Source of the DNA: Callorhinchus milii
Lineage: Eukaryota
Direction of reading: 5' to 3'
DNA length: 64,000 nt
Assembly: GCF_018977255.1 (NCBI RefSeq)
Contig: NW_024704742.1
Coordinates: 49,726,001-49,790,000, forward strand
Position numbers and translations under genes: made by a program. A model generated the notes under the pieces. The model did not search any database and was not told the DNA's origin. It worked only from the letters and a program-made list of their open reading frames with translations. This document shows positions 11,601 through 25,680 of this stretch, one piece after another. How positions within the stretch are numbered: position 1 is the first letter of the stretch; each line of letters opens with the position of its first letter.

Positions 11601-13956
11601 CCTGACAGAGGTGAAAGCTTTGTAAAGCGAGATTGTGATGATAACATAGAGCTGAGAAGTAATATCCTTTCCCAATACCAAATCAAACTTTGGTTATGAG
11701 TTTTTTCTTTCAGTGATTGAAAAGTCAAATATCACAAGAAGAATTGCTTTCATTCATTTCATGCACTAGGATCTTTCCAAGGTGTCACATGGCAACCCAA
11801 ATTACTACATAGCGACTTGCACACTTATTGATATTAATATTAATGTACACAAATCCACATAAAATGCTCTCAGATAAATGTTAGAAATTACCAAAGATTC
11901 TAAATGTCAATTTCAGTAATAGGGAGTTTAACTTGCAGGCAAATGTATAGAGTGAACACATGCCCTTAAACATGTAATAAACCAATGAAAAGGAATGCAA
12001 AGGGGGATCAAGAATGTTATATTTAATAATAATAAATAATCCTATAATTTGATATAGCACCTCTTCATTCCATTGAGATGTTTCAAAGAGCTTCATAGGT
12101 TTTATCGTAAAATATATTGTAAAGCACGCAGGGACATCCTCCTGACGTGAAAGGCGCTATACAAATGTAATTTTGCTGTTGTTGTAAAGTTAATTGACTG
12201 TATATTTTGTGGGTGAAAATTTTGATTTATTGTTTCCTTCCCTACTTTTAAGCCCCAGTGTATAATATTCCCCACTGGAGAGCCCATTAATGGAAACCAA
12301 ATATTGTTTGTCTACAAATGCACTGTCACTGCATTTTACAGTAACCCTGTGAAGTGCTTTGAGAAATTTCAATATTGTGATTATGTGATATATCAAATGC
12401 AAAGATTATTTATGTTTGTTGAGTTAATGGGTTTTATCCAACGTAGTGCTTGGCCACACATTGGTTGTAACCCTCTTGGATTCCTGAGCTAGGAAAGGGG
12501 AGAATACACTGGGTCAGTAGACAAAAGTCCCATACAACCCAAAATACTACACCTCAATTTGATGAGCAGAAACGAGGAGTAAACTAAATAATCCCAAGAA
12601 GGAATTGCATAATAAATGGAGTTATCTCAAGATTACAAGATTGTTCTGGATGAAGAAAGCCCTTCAGCCAACGTGATCTTACCCCTTCCCCCCTCCCTTC
12701 TTCTGACTTCTAAATAATGATATTGCCCAAAGCCAGGTGAAAATCCCTGGTCACTATCATCCAGGATTCACACTTCATGGGGATCATTTACGAACAGCCA
12801 AATTTTGAGTCTTATGCTGTCTCAAGAACAAATTAATTATGTTTTAATACTAATAATGCAATCCACGTATTAGTTTCCATATCAGGCTTAATCTAATAGT
12901 TTGCCATTCAACCTGCTGTTCACAAGAGCACAGAACGCTTTGCCAGGCAAATTCTTATTGATTCTAGCTCTTCCTCAGTAAAGGCACACAACAGCCTCTT
13001 TCATCATAATCTGTTTCAAATGCCAATATGAGCTAATTACAATCCGACCAATCTTTATATTTACCAATACACTTTGGAAGAGAAAAAAAAAAGGTCTATA
13101 TCTCCTTGCTTTTAATGCTCTTTCAGCTGTTTTCATAAATGTGGGGTGATAAACATAGCTCAGTACTTGCAGTAGGACAGTTTGTTCCCATGGCAGAATC
13201 CCATTTAAGCCCTGGCAAGCTCAAGGATATAATATATTGGTATATGTGCAGCTCTGTGGACGTAAATCAAGGATTAAAGTGAACGGAAGTGCCAGGATTG
13301 GATTGCAATAGATTTGCAGAGCCCGATGCATGTGACATTTACTTTGTGCTGGTTGACTAGTGAATTATTGTTTGCTAAGAGCTGCAGACAGGCACATTTT
13401 GGAAAACTAATTTTATTCTAAATTGTGTAGCTTAGAGGGCTTCCTGACTATTTTTGATTTTTGAATATATACCCTCCTGCATCAATAATAATAATAATAC
13501 TTACATTTAGCATAGCATCTTTCACATCAGGACGACGTTTCACAAAGCCACAACCTTCTGACTCAAAGGTGAGAGTTCTACCAACTGAGCCATTTTGAAA
13601 CCTGAGCCCCAATGACACATAAAATCACAGGTTCATTAAAAATCAGTGAAGTTTCTGTTAACATTTCAAAATAAAACAAGATGAATGCAGATTAGAAAAT
13701 GTGCAAAGCAGATTAAATAATATACCAGGTTAAGCATCTATTCTTTTTTTGATGCTATATTTATTCCACTTTAGCAAAGCTGATCAGGAAGCTTGGAGCA
13801 TTGCTGAGCACACACATGTATGAATTATTTTAACGTTATTTCTAAAACAACATTGAAAAGGATGCACCAAAAGCTTCAAAGCTATTTAATGGATCTCCGA
13901 GAGGTTTCAATAAACTGCAAGGAAGCAAGCCCAGCGTGATTCATAATACTAACCAT

Positions 13957-14304
13957 TCATTTGATATAGAGCCTTACCACGTCTTCGAGAAATTGCAAAG
14001 CGCTTCAACAGAATATATTGTAAAGTGAATTGACTGTATAGTTTGTGGGCGAAACATGGCAGCCAATTGTGCACAACAGTGTCCCCCAAACAGTTGTGGA
14101 TTGAGTGACCAAATTATTATTTTTTATTTTTTACTCCCGGAAAAGTGATGCGCCAATCGAATAACGACCAGGTTCCTACTTACTGCTTGGTAAACAGGCA
14201 TGTGGAGTAAGGAAATTTGCCTAAGGTATCAGCCCACCTGGGAATCGAACACCGGTCCCCTTGCTTGCAAGGCAAGCACGCTAACTTCTATGCTACGGGA
14301 CTCC
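13957..14304 (-). mobile_element. tRNA-Ala SINE, long form, full length
   Basis: Tail, body, GGAATCGAAC and head ending GCTACGGGACTCC. Confidence 0.88.
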
Positions 14305-14984
14305 TTTGCACCTCACTCAAGCTTTGATTCAAGCTAGTGATTCACATCTGCCATACCTATATCCCGGTGGGCATGAATTGCACTGCTGCAGATACCATTC
14401 TCTCCAGGTGGTGTTGGGAGTGGGGTTGCCTCCATGATGCCTCAACCACCATTCACACTGTAGATTTCAGCTTGTCCCTGACTAAGAATGGCAGTATGAA
14501 TGTAACATAAGGTCTTGCATAATACTACCGATTAAGGAACAAAATCAGAGTGGGTCCAAGAAGAGATTATTCCAATTTGTTTCTTTGAATCAGAATAGAT
14601 TTAAGCAAATCATCATTTTAAATGAAATGTCAAAAATATTTCTGAAAAAATTGTGCAATTCCAGTATTGTAGCTGCAATATCTTAAAGTGCTTGAGATAC
14701 TGAATAAATTTATACTGATGAAAAAGTTATATTTGAAATCCCAATTTGCAGGAAAAAATAATAATTTCTTTCGAGACGAGTAAAGTATTCCTTTTCCCAC
14801 ATTGTATATTCAGTGCTTACCTTTTGGGCCAGGAATTTAAAATTTATCTACAGATCAGCTCATGGAAGTAACTGCATTAATAACATTTCAGTCTTCCAAA
14901 GGCATTACAAGGGGTTTCATGGAATTGCACAGACCATTACAGCAAACAAACACGCTGGGCTTACTTCCCTGCAGACTATGCGAA

Positions 14985-15228
14985 GTATCCGCCACCGGAT
15001 ACTCACCCGCACAAAACTATGTAACCCCATCACACCAGCCCTTGCCAGGCTCCACTGGCTCCCAATTACTGAATGGATTGATTTCAAGATCCTCTCATCC
15101 GTTTTTAAATACCAGCATGCCCTGGCACAACCCTACCCATCCGATCTGCTTACCCCTGACAGCACCTTGGGACATCCTCCCAACATGAAAGGCGCTTTAC
15201 AAGTGTAATTTTGTTGTTGTTGTTGTTT
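14985..15228 (+). mobile_element. L2 3' fragment with internal deletion
   Basis: [34 protein letters not shown] is joined directly to the terminal stem-loop and (TTG)n. Confidence 0.85.
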
Positions 15229-17802
15229 TAAAAACTAATGCGAATTTTGTCTCAACCATGGTTCTAGGTAGGGCGTGATGTCCTAATAAACCTCTGAGTT
15301 TAAAAAAAACCTTCCCAATTTCCCTTTGTTATTTTGATAACTGCTTTAAATCTATTCCCTCTAGTTACGGACTCACTGACCAATAGAAACAGTTTCCCCT
15401 ATTTTCTTCATCAAAATCTCTCTTAATTTTAAAATCTCTATCAAGTCTTCCCTTTCAATCTTCTCTATTCTAGGGAAAACAACCCCAGATTCTCCATTTT
15501 TTAAAAAAATATATATTTTAATTCAGATCCCCAAATATTTGTTTTGGATATCAGATTGCAACATCAGTAGGAGATTCACAGATTATTACAAATGTTTATT
15601 TCACAAAAGAAAGCAAATGGGAAAGAGACCCAGTGGGACCTGCATTCTTTAAAAGCTTTGAATAATTGGATTTATGTAATCAGGCAATTCTCAAAACATG
15701 ATTAATTCAATAACACAATATGAAATTTGTAGGAAAAATATGTTTGCTGTGAACTTCTCCTTCAAATTTTAAGTTTGCAGCTGGATTCATTTATTCAATA
15801 ATTTCTTAACGTCTGCAAGGGAATCAGCAGATCAGAAATATTGCGACAGAATGTCATCCATGCAATCAAATATCTTGGGCTTATTCTTAATTGAATAAGA
15901 TGCTGTTCCTACAGCAGGAAATACTCATTCTAAGAGCACACTGCCAAAGCCAGTAAATTCAACAGCAAGAAGAGAATTTGTATTTGGTGTCAAGGTTGCT
16001 AATTTTACTAGCAAGTGAAAATAACCCCCACGTTCTCACACCTATGTGATCAAGGTCTCTCACTAAGTTTTATTTCTTCAATATTCAGATACTCTCTGTT
16101 TACCATATGGATTCTATTAATATGGCAAATCAGAATGGCAAAACGGACCTAATTTTCAATCAAACGTATCTAATATAAGTAATAAACTCATTGTTTAGTA
16201 CAAACTAAATAACAGTTTATTTAAGATTATGCAGAAGTGTGGAAAATTCTTAAATTCAGTGTTAACTCAAATACCTGGAGGCATTCATAGGATTTACACT
16301 GTAGCCTTTCCATGGCTCTGATGTACTCCTCACAAGGGGGCACCCAGAACCACATGCAATATTCTACCTGTGACCTAACCAACATCTTGCATACACTTCT
16401 CTTGGAAATATCCTTATCTTGAATTCAACAACTTGCATTTATATAGCACACTTCACACTTGTCTCAGAGCGCTTAAATACTGAACAGCATTATTTGAAAA
16501 TATTTCATTTTTCTCCAATGCATGCTGTATATCTTTCAGTAATATTTCATTTCAGTAATATTTCTTTTCATTATTCTCCAGTATTGATTGACAATCTACA
16601 GTTGATATCCCATTCCATAGGAATTATTTTGATTACGAAGTGTAATATTTTGGAGACCAGCATTTGTTCATGTAATATTTTTTGAAGGGCTATTTGCCCA
16701 GCATTGTTTTAACCTTGACTTCATCTCAACTTGACTTGTGTCTGGATTATGTGTTAGTGAAGCAATTTGAGACATGACTCAATGTGAAAGATGCTGTATA
16801 AAAGCAAATTGTTGTTGTTAAACATCTGGTGTTCTAACAATCCTCAAGGAAGAAGACAGTCACAGTAAAGTTTATGATGCCAATTAAACTATACACTAAT
16901 CGTAAATCTTGCACTATTAGTTATACTTCCCACTTTGCCAACCTTTATATTTAGCTTTAAGCGGTTCAATTAACAGTTCAATTCAGCTTAGGTTGATTCA
17001 ATGACATGAAAATTACTTTTCAATTCTTTTGTGTTTGTTTGACAAATTGGTTCAATTTCCTTTTGTGTTGGATGAAGCATAACTAATAGAGTATGATTTA
17101 TGCATCTTGTATGGTTTGGCTCCTTTTATGTGTTTTATTGAGACACATTCCTTTCCACTCTTCTCTTCTCCTGAAGGCCCTAACTCATGATGGAATATAA
17201 TTTAAAAGGTACAATCACTGTGCCCCCAATACCCATTAAACTGGGCATCCTTCACCTGTTAGCTCAGAGAGGGGGCATTAGCAGGTTATGGAAGCATATC
17301 AGATGGGGGGAAGGTGTGTGGAAATTACAGATATACAGCCAAGCCCAACTCTTACATTCACCTGAAACCTGCACATTTGCATGAAGGGCACTGTACACAT
17401 TCTGTATAAATGCAAGTTAATTTTGTAGTGTTAGCCCACATTTTGTCTTAAAATTTAAGATTGGCAAAATTGTGGATAATTCTTAATTTTATTCGTAATT
17501 TGAAAGCTGGTCTTTTTAAGAACTGAAAATCAACTTCCAAATTAAGACTAAATGGAAGGAATTTCCACATATGATTTTAAATTTGAAGATAAAATAGTCA
17601 TACAGACTAAATCTAGATGCTATTTACAATAATACATGTTACATTTATACAGTAGGACTTTTCAAAGCACTATTTCACCATTGATAAGTACATATTTGTA
17701 TTATTTTATAGGGAGAGGGCAATGAACTGCATTCAGGAACAGGGATCATCTCTAATTTTTCCCTCTGTATCCTAGGTGTGTTGGGGCTACTCATATATCT
17801 CA

Positions 17803-18001
17803 CTGCCTTCAAGTACCACCTCAAAACCCGCCTCTTTGACCATGCCATCGGTCACCCCCTTCGCTTCCCCTTCCTTCTCCCTCCCTGACCCCAGCTCAGG
17901 TCTGAAATACTGTACACTGTCCAGCGCCTTGGGACGTCCTCCCAACGTGAAAGGCACTATACAAATGTAATCTTGTTGTTGGTGTTGTTGTTGTTGTTGT
18001 T
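17803..18001 (+). mobile_element. L2 3' end (type A)
   Basis: CAGCGCCTTGGGACGTCCTCCCAACGTGAAAGGCACT..(TTG)n. The 3' UTR matches the 1512-1750 and 62383 copies. Confidence 0.88.
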
Positions 18002-18414
18002 GCCATCGTGGCCTGAGACCAACTCCTAATTTGAGATCTGCCTACTCAATACACCAAGGTTTGAACCTGGGAACATCCTCGTTTGTATGGTTCAGATTCT
18101 CAATGGGTAACGACTATACTTACTGAAGCATTGGTGACTGACTAAAGGTTAGGTGTTTTGTGTATGAAACATATGATGTACATCAACTGGAGATAGAGAA
18201 AGAGATTGAGAGAACATTCAAAAATAAAACTATTCGTTTTATGTCCCTACCAGGAATAGGAAACAAACATGAATCAATCACCAAAATGAAAATGGAAGAT
18301 TATTGATATAAGTTAACCTAATGAATTAATGCACACATGTGTTCAGAAATGATAGATTTTGTCTGTCCTTTCTCTTGTTTGAGGAGGTGATATCCCAAAT
18401 TGACTGTTGAATCC

Positions 18415-19362
18415 CATATGACATTTAATAAAATACCCATGAGAGATTCCTTCACAAACTGAAGTCAATGGGGATCAAGGGGAAGAAATGGACATAGATT
18501 CAAAATTGTTTGAACAGAAGGAAGCAGATGGTAGTCATAATGGAAGCTAGGTCAAAATGGGGAGAGGTATTAAGCAGGGTGCCTCAGGGGTTTGCACTGG
18601 AACCCTCCTGTTCCTTGAATACTTTAATGATCTAGATTTGCAGACTCAGTTTAAAGTAGTTAATTTTGCAGATAACACCAAATTGGGAGGAACTGTGAAG
18701 TCAGAGGAGGCAACAAGGTTTACAAAGAAAATTTGATAGGGGATGACATAGGCTGATGACTGGCAAATAAAGTTTAATGCAAGGGATTGAACATTGGAAG
18801 TCAGATTGGGAGGCACAATCCCTCCAATCCCTCTGCTTTGCCCCCTCTCTCCCCTTTTTCAAGTAAAAGGAAGGCCTGAAAACCTTCCTTTTCAATCATG
18901 CTTACGGTCACCACCTCCACCCCACCCCCCAGGCTCAAAGTCAGGCTTCACCACTGTTAAGCGCTCTGAGATACTACCCTGCATGGAGAGCACATTATAA
19001 GTGCAAGTTGTTGTTGTGTTATATAAGAAGGCGACCCAGGTCCTAGAGGCAGCATGGAGGAGAACAAAAAGTATGATTCCCAGTGTTAGAGGAATGAGCA
19101 ATAAGTAACGGTTGGAGAAGCTAAGGCTCTTCAGCCTTGAAAGGAGATATCTCAGAAGCGACCCTATATGGGTATGCAAAGTTCTAAACAAGATTGCGAA
19201 AGTTTCAGATGCACCAAAACAGTGGAACAAAAGGGCATTGTATTCAAGGAACAGGAGGGTTCCAGTGCAAAGAGCAATTTCAGGATAGATACCTGGAAGA
19301 GGGTAATTTAAAGAATAGAACAGGTTACCAAGAAGGGTGGTTGAGGTCAGGACACTGGACTC
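18415..19362 (+). mobile_element. Decayed CR1-clade LINE RT remnant (interrupted by L2 at 18815-19020)
   Basis: Manual translation gives FNKIPHERFLHKLKSMGIKG..RRKQMVV..VPQG..NDLD..NFADNTKLGG, and later RLEKLRLFSLERRYLRSD. Confidence 0.85.
18815..19020 (+). mobile_element. L2 3' end (type B) inserted in CR1
   Basis: AAGCGCTCTGAGATACTACCCTGCATGGAGAGCAC..GCAAGTTGTTGTTG. Confidence 0.82.
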
Positions 19363-19363
19363 A

Positions 19364-20345
19364 ATGGGGTCAACTTCCACATGTATGCGAATGACACCCA
19401 ACTCTATCTCTTTGCCTCCACCCTTGACTCCAGGCCCACTACTGTCCTGACAGACTGTCTGTCAGACATCAAGTCCTGGATGAGAGCCAACATTCTCCAG
19501 TTGAACATTAACAACATCAAAGCTCTCCTGATTGGCTCCCGTCAGCATCTCCACACCTCAGGCTCGGACAGCATCACCATCCAAGGATGCTCACACCACC
19601 AGCCAATCCGGAACCTTGGCATCTTGTTTGACCTCAACTGTCCTTTCTACCTCACGTCCATGCCATGACCTGATCTGCTTTCCCCCACATCCGCCACATC
19701 GCCCGGCTCTGCCACTGCCTCACCCCTCAGGCCACCAAAACCCTCATTCATGCATTTATCACATCTAGACTCAATTACACCACTCCTGCTTGTCGACCTT
19801 CCCATCTCTTCCCTCCATAAGCTGCAGATCATCCAGAAATTTGCAGCTCATGTCCGCTCCTGCATCCAGGATCCGTGATCCTATAATCCCACCCTTACAT
19901 GGCAACAATGGCTCCCCATCCCCCAGAGGATAGAGTTCAAAATCCTCATCCTTGCCTTCAAGGCCCTCCACGGCTGTGCTCCTTCCTACTTCTGTGATCT
20001 GATAAATCAATATCAACCTCACTACTACCTCAGCTCAGCAGACTTCGGCCTGCTCCATGTCCCTTGCCCAGCACGCCCCACCATCAGCAGTTAGCCCTTC
20101 AGCCTCTCTGCCTCCAGCTGTTGGAACTCCATCCCACATTCCCTTTTCCTTGTTCCCTCCCTTGCATCCTTCAAGGCACGTCTCAAGCCCCTCCTCTTCG
20201 ACCACTCCTTCGGCCACCCTCCTACCCTTCCTGCCCGCCACCCTCCCTGATCCCAACCCTCTGCTCGGGTCCAAATACCTGACTGTCCAGTGCCTTGGGA
20301 CGTCTTCTCGCGTGAAAGGCGCTGTACAAATGTAATTCTTTATTG
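19364..20345 (+). mobile_element. 5'-truncated L2 (type A tail) inserted in a CR1 remnant
   Basis: Starts at [11 protein letters not shown] and is collinear with 38325-39390. Tail GCCTTGGGACGTC..GTGAAAGGCGC. Confidence 0.9.
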
Positions 20346-20685
20346 TATTGTGTTCTGAAGAACAGTGTCGGGTTGGACCACTTTAGAGCATATCCAGGTA
20401 ATTCAATACTTAATGTAATTTGTGATTGGAAAGCCCAGTGCAACCCAGCTGTGAGGAAAAGCCTGAGGAGCTGAATTTATTTTTGATGGAGCAGAAAAGA
20501 TCTTGGGTGAGGGAATAATGTAAATTTATAGCATTAAGTGGACAGACCCAGTGAACAGAACAGCTTATTCTAGTTGCTGTGTTTCTAAGTGCAAGTTACA
20601 AACAACAACAACAGCTTCCATTAATATAGCATTCTTCTATATGATAATGTCTCAAAGAGCTTGTATTTGACGTAGGACTATGACT

Positions 20686-21120
20686 GCAGAACTGGAATTC
20701 AAGATCCTCATCCTCACTTTCAAGGCCATCCATGGCCTTGCCCCCTCCTACCTCTCTGACCTGCTGACTCCCTACCAACCTGCCCGCTCCATCCGTTCAG
20801 CGGGCTCTGGCCTGCTCCACATTTCCCACCCGACCCGCCCTACCATCGGTGGCCGAATGTTCAGCCTCTCTGCCCTCACACTCTGGAACTGCATCCCACA
20901 ATCCCTTCACTTCGCTTCCTCCCTTGACTCTTTCAAGGCCAGTCTCAAGACCCTACTCTTCGATCGTGCCTTCGGTTGCCCTCTCACCTCTCTGCCTTTC
21001 CTCACCCCTACCCCACCCCTCCCCCATGCTCGGGTTCTAACCCCTGACTGTCCAGCACCTTGGGACGTTCTCCTGATGTGAAAGGAGCTCTATAAATGTA
21101 ATTTTGTTGTTCTTGTTGTT
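20686..21120 (+). mobile_element. L2 3' fragment (type A)
   Basis: ORF 20680-21081 runs [29 protein letters not shown], followed by the stem-loop and (TTG)n. Confidence 0.92.
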
Positions 21121-22469
21121 GGAAGACATAGCCATTCACATGAGTATTGAGCAGGACTAGAGAATATAATTAATTTTCCTCATGGAGTAGTAACTATATG
21201 CAACAGAAGCCTAGAATAAAACAGTTGATTCAAAAGGGAACTAGATGAACATGAATGATATTGGAGATTATGGCATAAGTGTAGTCTTTAGGCTGTACTT
21301 TTCTTGTCAATTAAATGCAAGACCACCTTCTGAGATCACCTCGGGAGGATGCTTTCTTCAGGAAATCGCTTTCATATAAAATAGAGGTAGTGCAAATGGT
21401 TTTGGACTCAATTTCAAACTTGCTTCCTTGATAGCTGACCATTAAAGAGCCATTTGGTATTGGAAATTCAAAGCTGTGAAAGGGTGCTTAGCTGCCTGGA
21501 ATGAGAGGCAACAGCAAATGCAATTCTGGAGTGGAAAATATAAATCCCCTTCCCACTGTATATCACTTTACTGCTGAAATTGATTTTAAATTGCTTCCAG
21601 CAGTGTAAATGTAGCATGAGATGATTATACATTCCATGAGACACACTGGATTCTGCGATGCTGTAAAGGATGGTCAGTCAGGTTTGAATAATAGAGATTA
21701 AATAGGTGGGGTATAGTCTACGATAGGGGAGATTGTACATCATATTTGGCCAGTGTGTGTGAGATGGGCTGAATGATGTTTCCTTGTTCCATGCTTTCTC
21801 ATGTACTCACCTTCCTATCAAGCAACAATTGAACTGTGAGGTGACTGCAAGTCCTATGATCATTTGTTTAAGTTGACGTCTTTTGTGACAGTGCAGCGCA
21901 GACGAACCTGGCATAACTTTGAGAGCCACTGATCAAATCTTTACAGCGTAATGAATCAAATGTAAATAGTAATAACTCTTTATTTGTCAGATGTGTTAAG
22001 AATTATAGGGCTAATGTTTGTTATGTATAGTATTTCACATTGAAACCCATAGTAATTTTTAGAAAACACACATTTTTTGTAAACACTGCCAAAAGTTGTT
22101 TTAGCAAAATAATATGTTTTGTACCAAAATATTTTGGTATTACCAAGGTACACAGATACCTGGGATTAATCAGTTGTGCTTCACACAAAGAAATCACAGT
22201 GGAATGACAGGATACAGTGATACATGATAGCAAAAAGACAGCCTTGCATATAAAGAATTGCAGAATCTATGTACATACTGTGTCACATTTTGATGTAAAA
22301 TCATGAGTCCCTAATATATATCAATGCCTATATATTTTTAGTTAGGCTTTTAGATTTACAACATTACAGATATGAAATTATAACCAAACAAAAGCTTCCA
22401 AGAATAGCAACGCTTGTGTCTAGTTTGTAATTGCTAAAAGCAAATCATCATTGTTTCCAGTTGTAAAGG

Positions 22470-22788
22470 TTTCCTGGGTGGTGCGAAACCTGAGGCAAGT
22501 TTCATTGCTCTACTCGCCTCTGTTTAGCTAGCAGTAGATAGAAACCCGGTTGTTAGTCGATTGCCAGATCGCTTTTCCAGGGGTAATGATACCTCACCCC
22601 CAAAATATTCATAATTTGGTCACTCAATCCACGACTCAATCACTTTGTGGGGCAATGCTAAGCGCTATTGGTTGCCTCGTTTTGCCCACAAAATATACAG
22701 TCCATTCACTTTACAATGTATCCTTTGAGACTTCTCAATGATGTGATAAGGCCCTAGATCAAATGCAAGAATGATTATTATTATTATA
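22470..22788 (+). mobile_element. tRNA-Ala SINE, long form, decayed
   Basis: GCGAAACCTGAGGCAAGTTTC..GTTGTTAGTCGATT..CAAATGCAAG..(ATT)n. Confidence 0.82.
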
Positions 22789-25374
22789 AAGTGTTCAGTA
22801 GAACAGTTATCATTGCGTCGTTGTTGTTGGTGATCCACGGTGGCTGAGAGCTTAGGAGAATTCTACACCAGCAACTGAACACCTGCTCAAAACTCTGACG
22901 TCTGGGTTTTGTTTTAAATATTAATAAAGGTGCGACAATAAAAAATCGCTCAAAATCCCAATGCCCCTCCCTAAAAGCTATTTACCTGTAGAGCTCAAAT
23001 CGATTTGCACTGGCTGCATTCATGCTGCCATGGTATAAACCGATGAGCTCCTAAAACCACCTCCGCAAAAGATAGTCTTGGCAGCTGGACTCTGCCGCGA
23101 TTTGTTTTCAGATTACTCTGCTCAGCTGCAATTTTTGTGGCAAATCCATTTTGCTGTGAAAAGCACAGTATAAACAAGGCATGAAAGGACTGTTAACGAA
23201 ACAAAAAGCACAATGCTGCATGTGAATCTTGCCCTAAATATCTGTCTGACTTTGGTTTGCTTCTGCTAGATTCGCAAAAGCATGCTGCACTTGTAACGTT
23301 ACATGTGAGCATAAACTGAAGAGGCAAGTACTTTAGAAATATTGAAATAACTTAAACCCATTAAAAACATTTCTAAATTTGAAATTTCTCGAGAATTTCC
23401 CAACAAACTCCTATCAATCACCAGTGTGATCAGTCCATTGACTCTGAAAGTCGCAGAAACATTCATTTGTACAAAGCTTCTGGCTTTTAATCCATAACAA
23501 ATCTTAAAGTCTACAGTAACATTGCAGCCTGAAAATTAAACTTACATTGATCTTCAAAGGGAGTCCCAGCAATTTCCCGGTCTGACAGTACTGCACACCT
23601 CCAGCACTGCATTGGAGTCTCATCTTAGACTATGTGGGTTTAAGCCCCAATATGGTGAAAGAGCTACCAACTGAGCCAAGCTGACACTCACTCCCTCTTG
23701 CCATTTAGCTCTCTTTACCTCCTAATATCAAAGTTCCATAATGGAAATGAAAGTTAGTGTCCTCCAGTATCCTGACCAACAATCCCACAAATCAAATTGG
23801 TCACTTACTGGAAGACATTTCTGTGTCCAATGAGGCTGTTGGTTTTGTGTACAAATACACAGTCACTCTACTTCACAGTGAATCCAAAAAAAAATCATTG
23901 TGAATCCTATGAAGGGCTTTGAGACATCCTCTTGACTTCAAAAGAGCCATACCAAACACAACCTTAGTATTATACACAGGAAGATATAATGAATAGACAT
24001 AGATACATGGAATAAGACTGACTCAGAGTAAAAGAGGTAAAAGTATGAAGGAAGAGACAGAGTAAGTATGTGCGAGACATTTAGTATCAGATAGAGAGAG
24101 GCAAAGATTCATAGGAAAAGATTAATGAGAGAGAGAAGAGTGATAATAAACATAATAGTGTTTACACTCTTTACAAGAACAAAGTGAAAAATACAGAGAG
24201 ATCAAACCCACAGGGTGGCATAAAGAAGTAGATGGAGAGAGAAAGTGACGGAAAGAAAAGCCGAAAGACACACAGAGACAGACACTCATTCACAAAGTAT
24301 TCTTATGCCTACTACCAGCAGCTTGCTCTTTACAACGCTTTTTTCTTATGTAAGGACTACTCTCATTTGTTCATCCTGGGAATCACCATTTTACTAGTTG
24401 AGTTTAATCTGTTTTGAGAGAACTACATTAAACGCACATAGCCGTATTAACAGCTATTGCAATCAATGCCTGGCACAAGATGAGTTTAATGTAATGTCAG
24501 AGGTATTAGTTTAGGCAAGGTTCGATGTCTCCGTATGATCCTCTAGGACTAGCACTGCAACGACCAGGGGTTTGGTTTGAATAACTGAACCAGGATTAAA
24601 CAAGGAAATGACGTAAATGCATGTCATGATCAGATTGCTGTTGATAATGTCTAATAACAGCTAGTATCCAGATGTGCCTCAGCATAATCAGATTGAAGAA
24701 ATCTAGGCCTTGGAGAAAAAAAGCAATTAAAAGAAGCAGCTGTATAAAATGTAAATTGTGATGTGTGTCCAATGCATATTGTTACAGAGCATCAGCTTTC
24801 ATTATTAGTAATATAACAATAATCTTTGCATTTGATACAGCACCTTATCACGTCATTGAGACATCTCAAGGTGCTTCACAGAATATACTGTTAAGTGGAT
24901 TGACTGTATTTTGTGGGTGAAACTCGAAAAAGGTTTATAATGTTATTCTCATTTATTATGTTTCTTTGGAAAATATTTGAAGAGGAATTCATCTTTTAAG
25001 CACCCTGGATGGGTGAGGGGTGCTATTTAAATGCAAGTTGCTATTGGGACGTCCAACCAACATGAAAGGTGCTATACAAATGTAATTTGTTGTTGTTGTG
25101 GCTGAAGATGTGTTTCCCAGCTAAATATTACAGTTGTTAGATTGAAAATGTGGAAATTATAAAATATTGGATAATAGGTATTTGATTTACAGAGATATTT
25201 TTTCTTTTCTGAAACAGACTTAAACAACGTAAAAATGGGAAAATGTTATTCAAACAACTGTCAAAAAATGTGGATTCCTCCATTAGCAACATTCAACCCA
25301 AGACTCAACTATCCCAAATGCCACACATACCAACACATCACTCTTTAAACCACGTCTGAAATTAACATAGACTA

Positions 25375-25680
25375 TGTATGCTAAGTTTGCTGGTCTCAGC
25401 AGGGCTTCAATGGCAAGGCTAAATTATTTGTGATACGGCTTGATCAGCATCAAGGTGACGGTTATGGAGGAGAAAGCGAGAAAGATAGTCAGGGTTCCTG
25501 CTCCTGCTTGATTTTGACTGACAGTCGAGTGACCTGCTGATATTCATTGCCAAGCTTTACACATAATGGCCACTTGGGCAGGGAACAGGAGGACAACCAG
25601 TACTCAAGGAACACCCGAATCCCAGCACGAGGAGGTTGGGGACCAGGAACAGAGGCATATGCTGATGAGAAGAAAATAAG
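25375..25680 (+). mobile_element. Second copy of the ancient SINE-like repeat
   Basis: Collinear motifs with 45560-45900. Confidence 0.55.
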
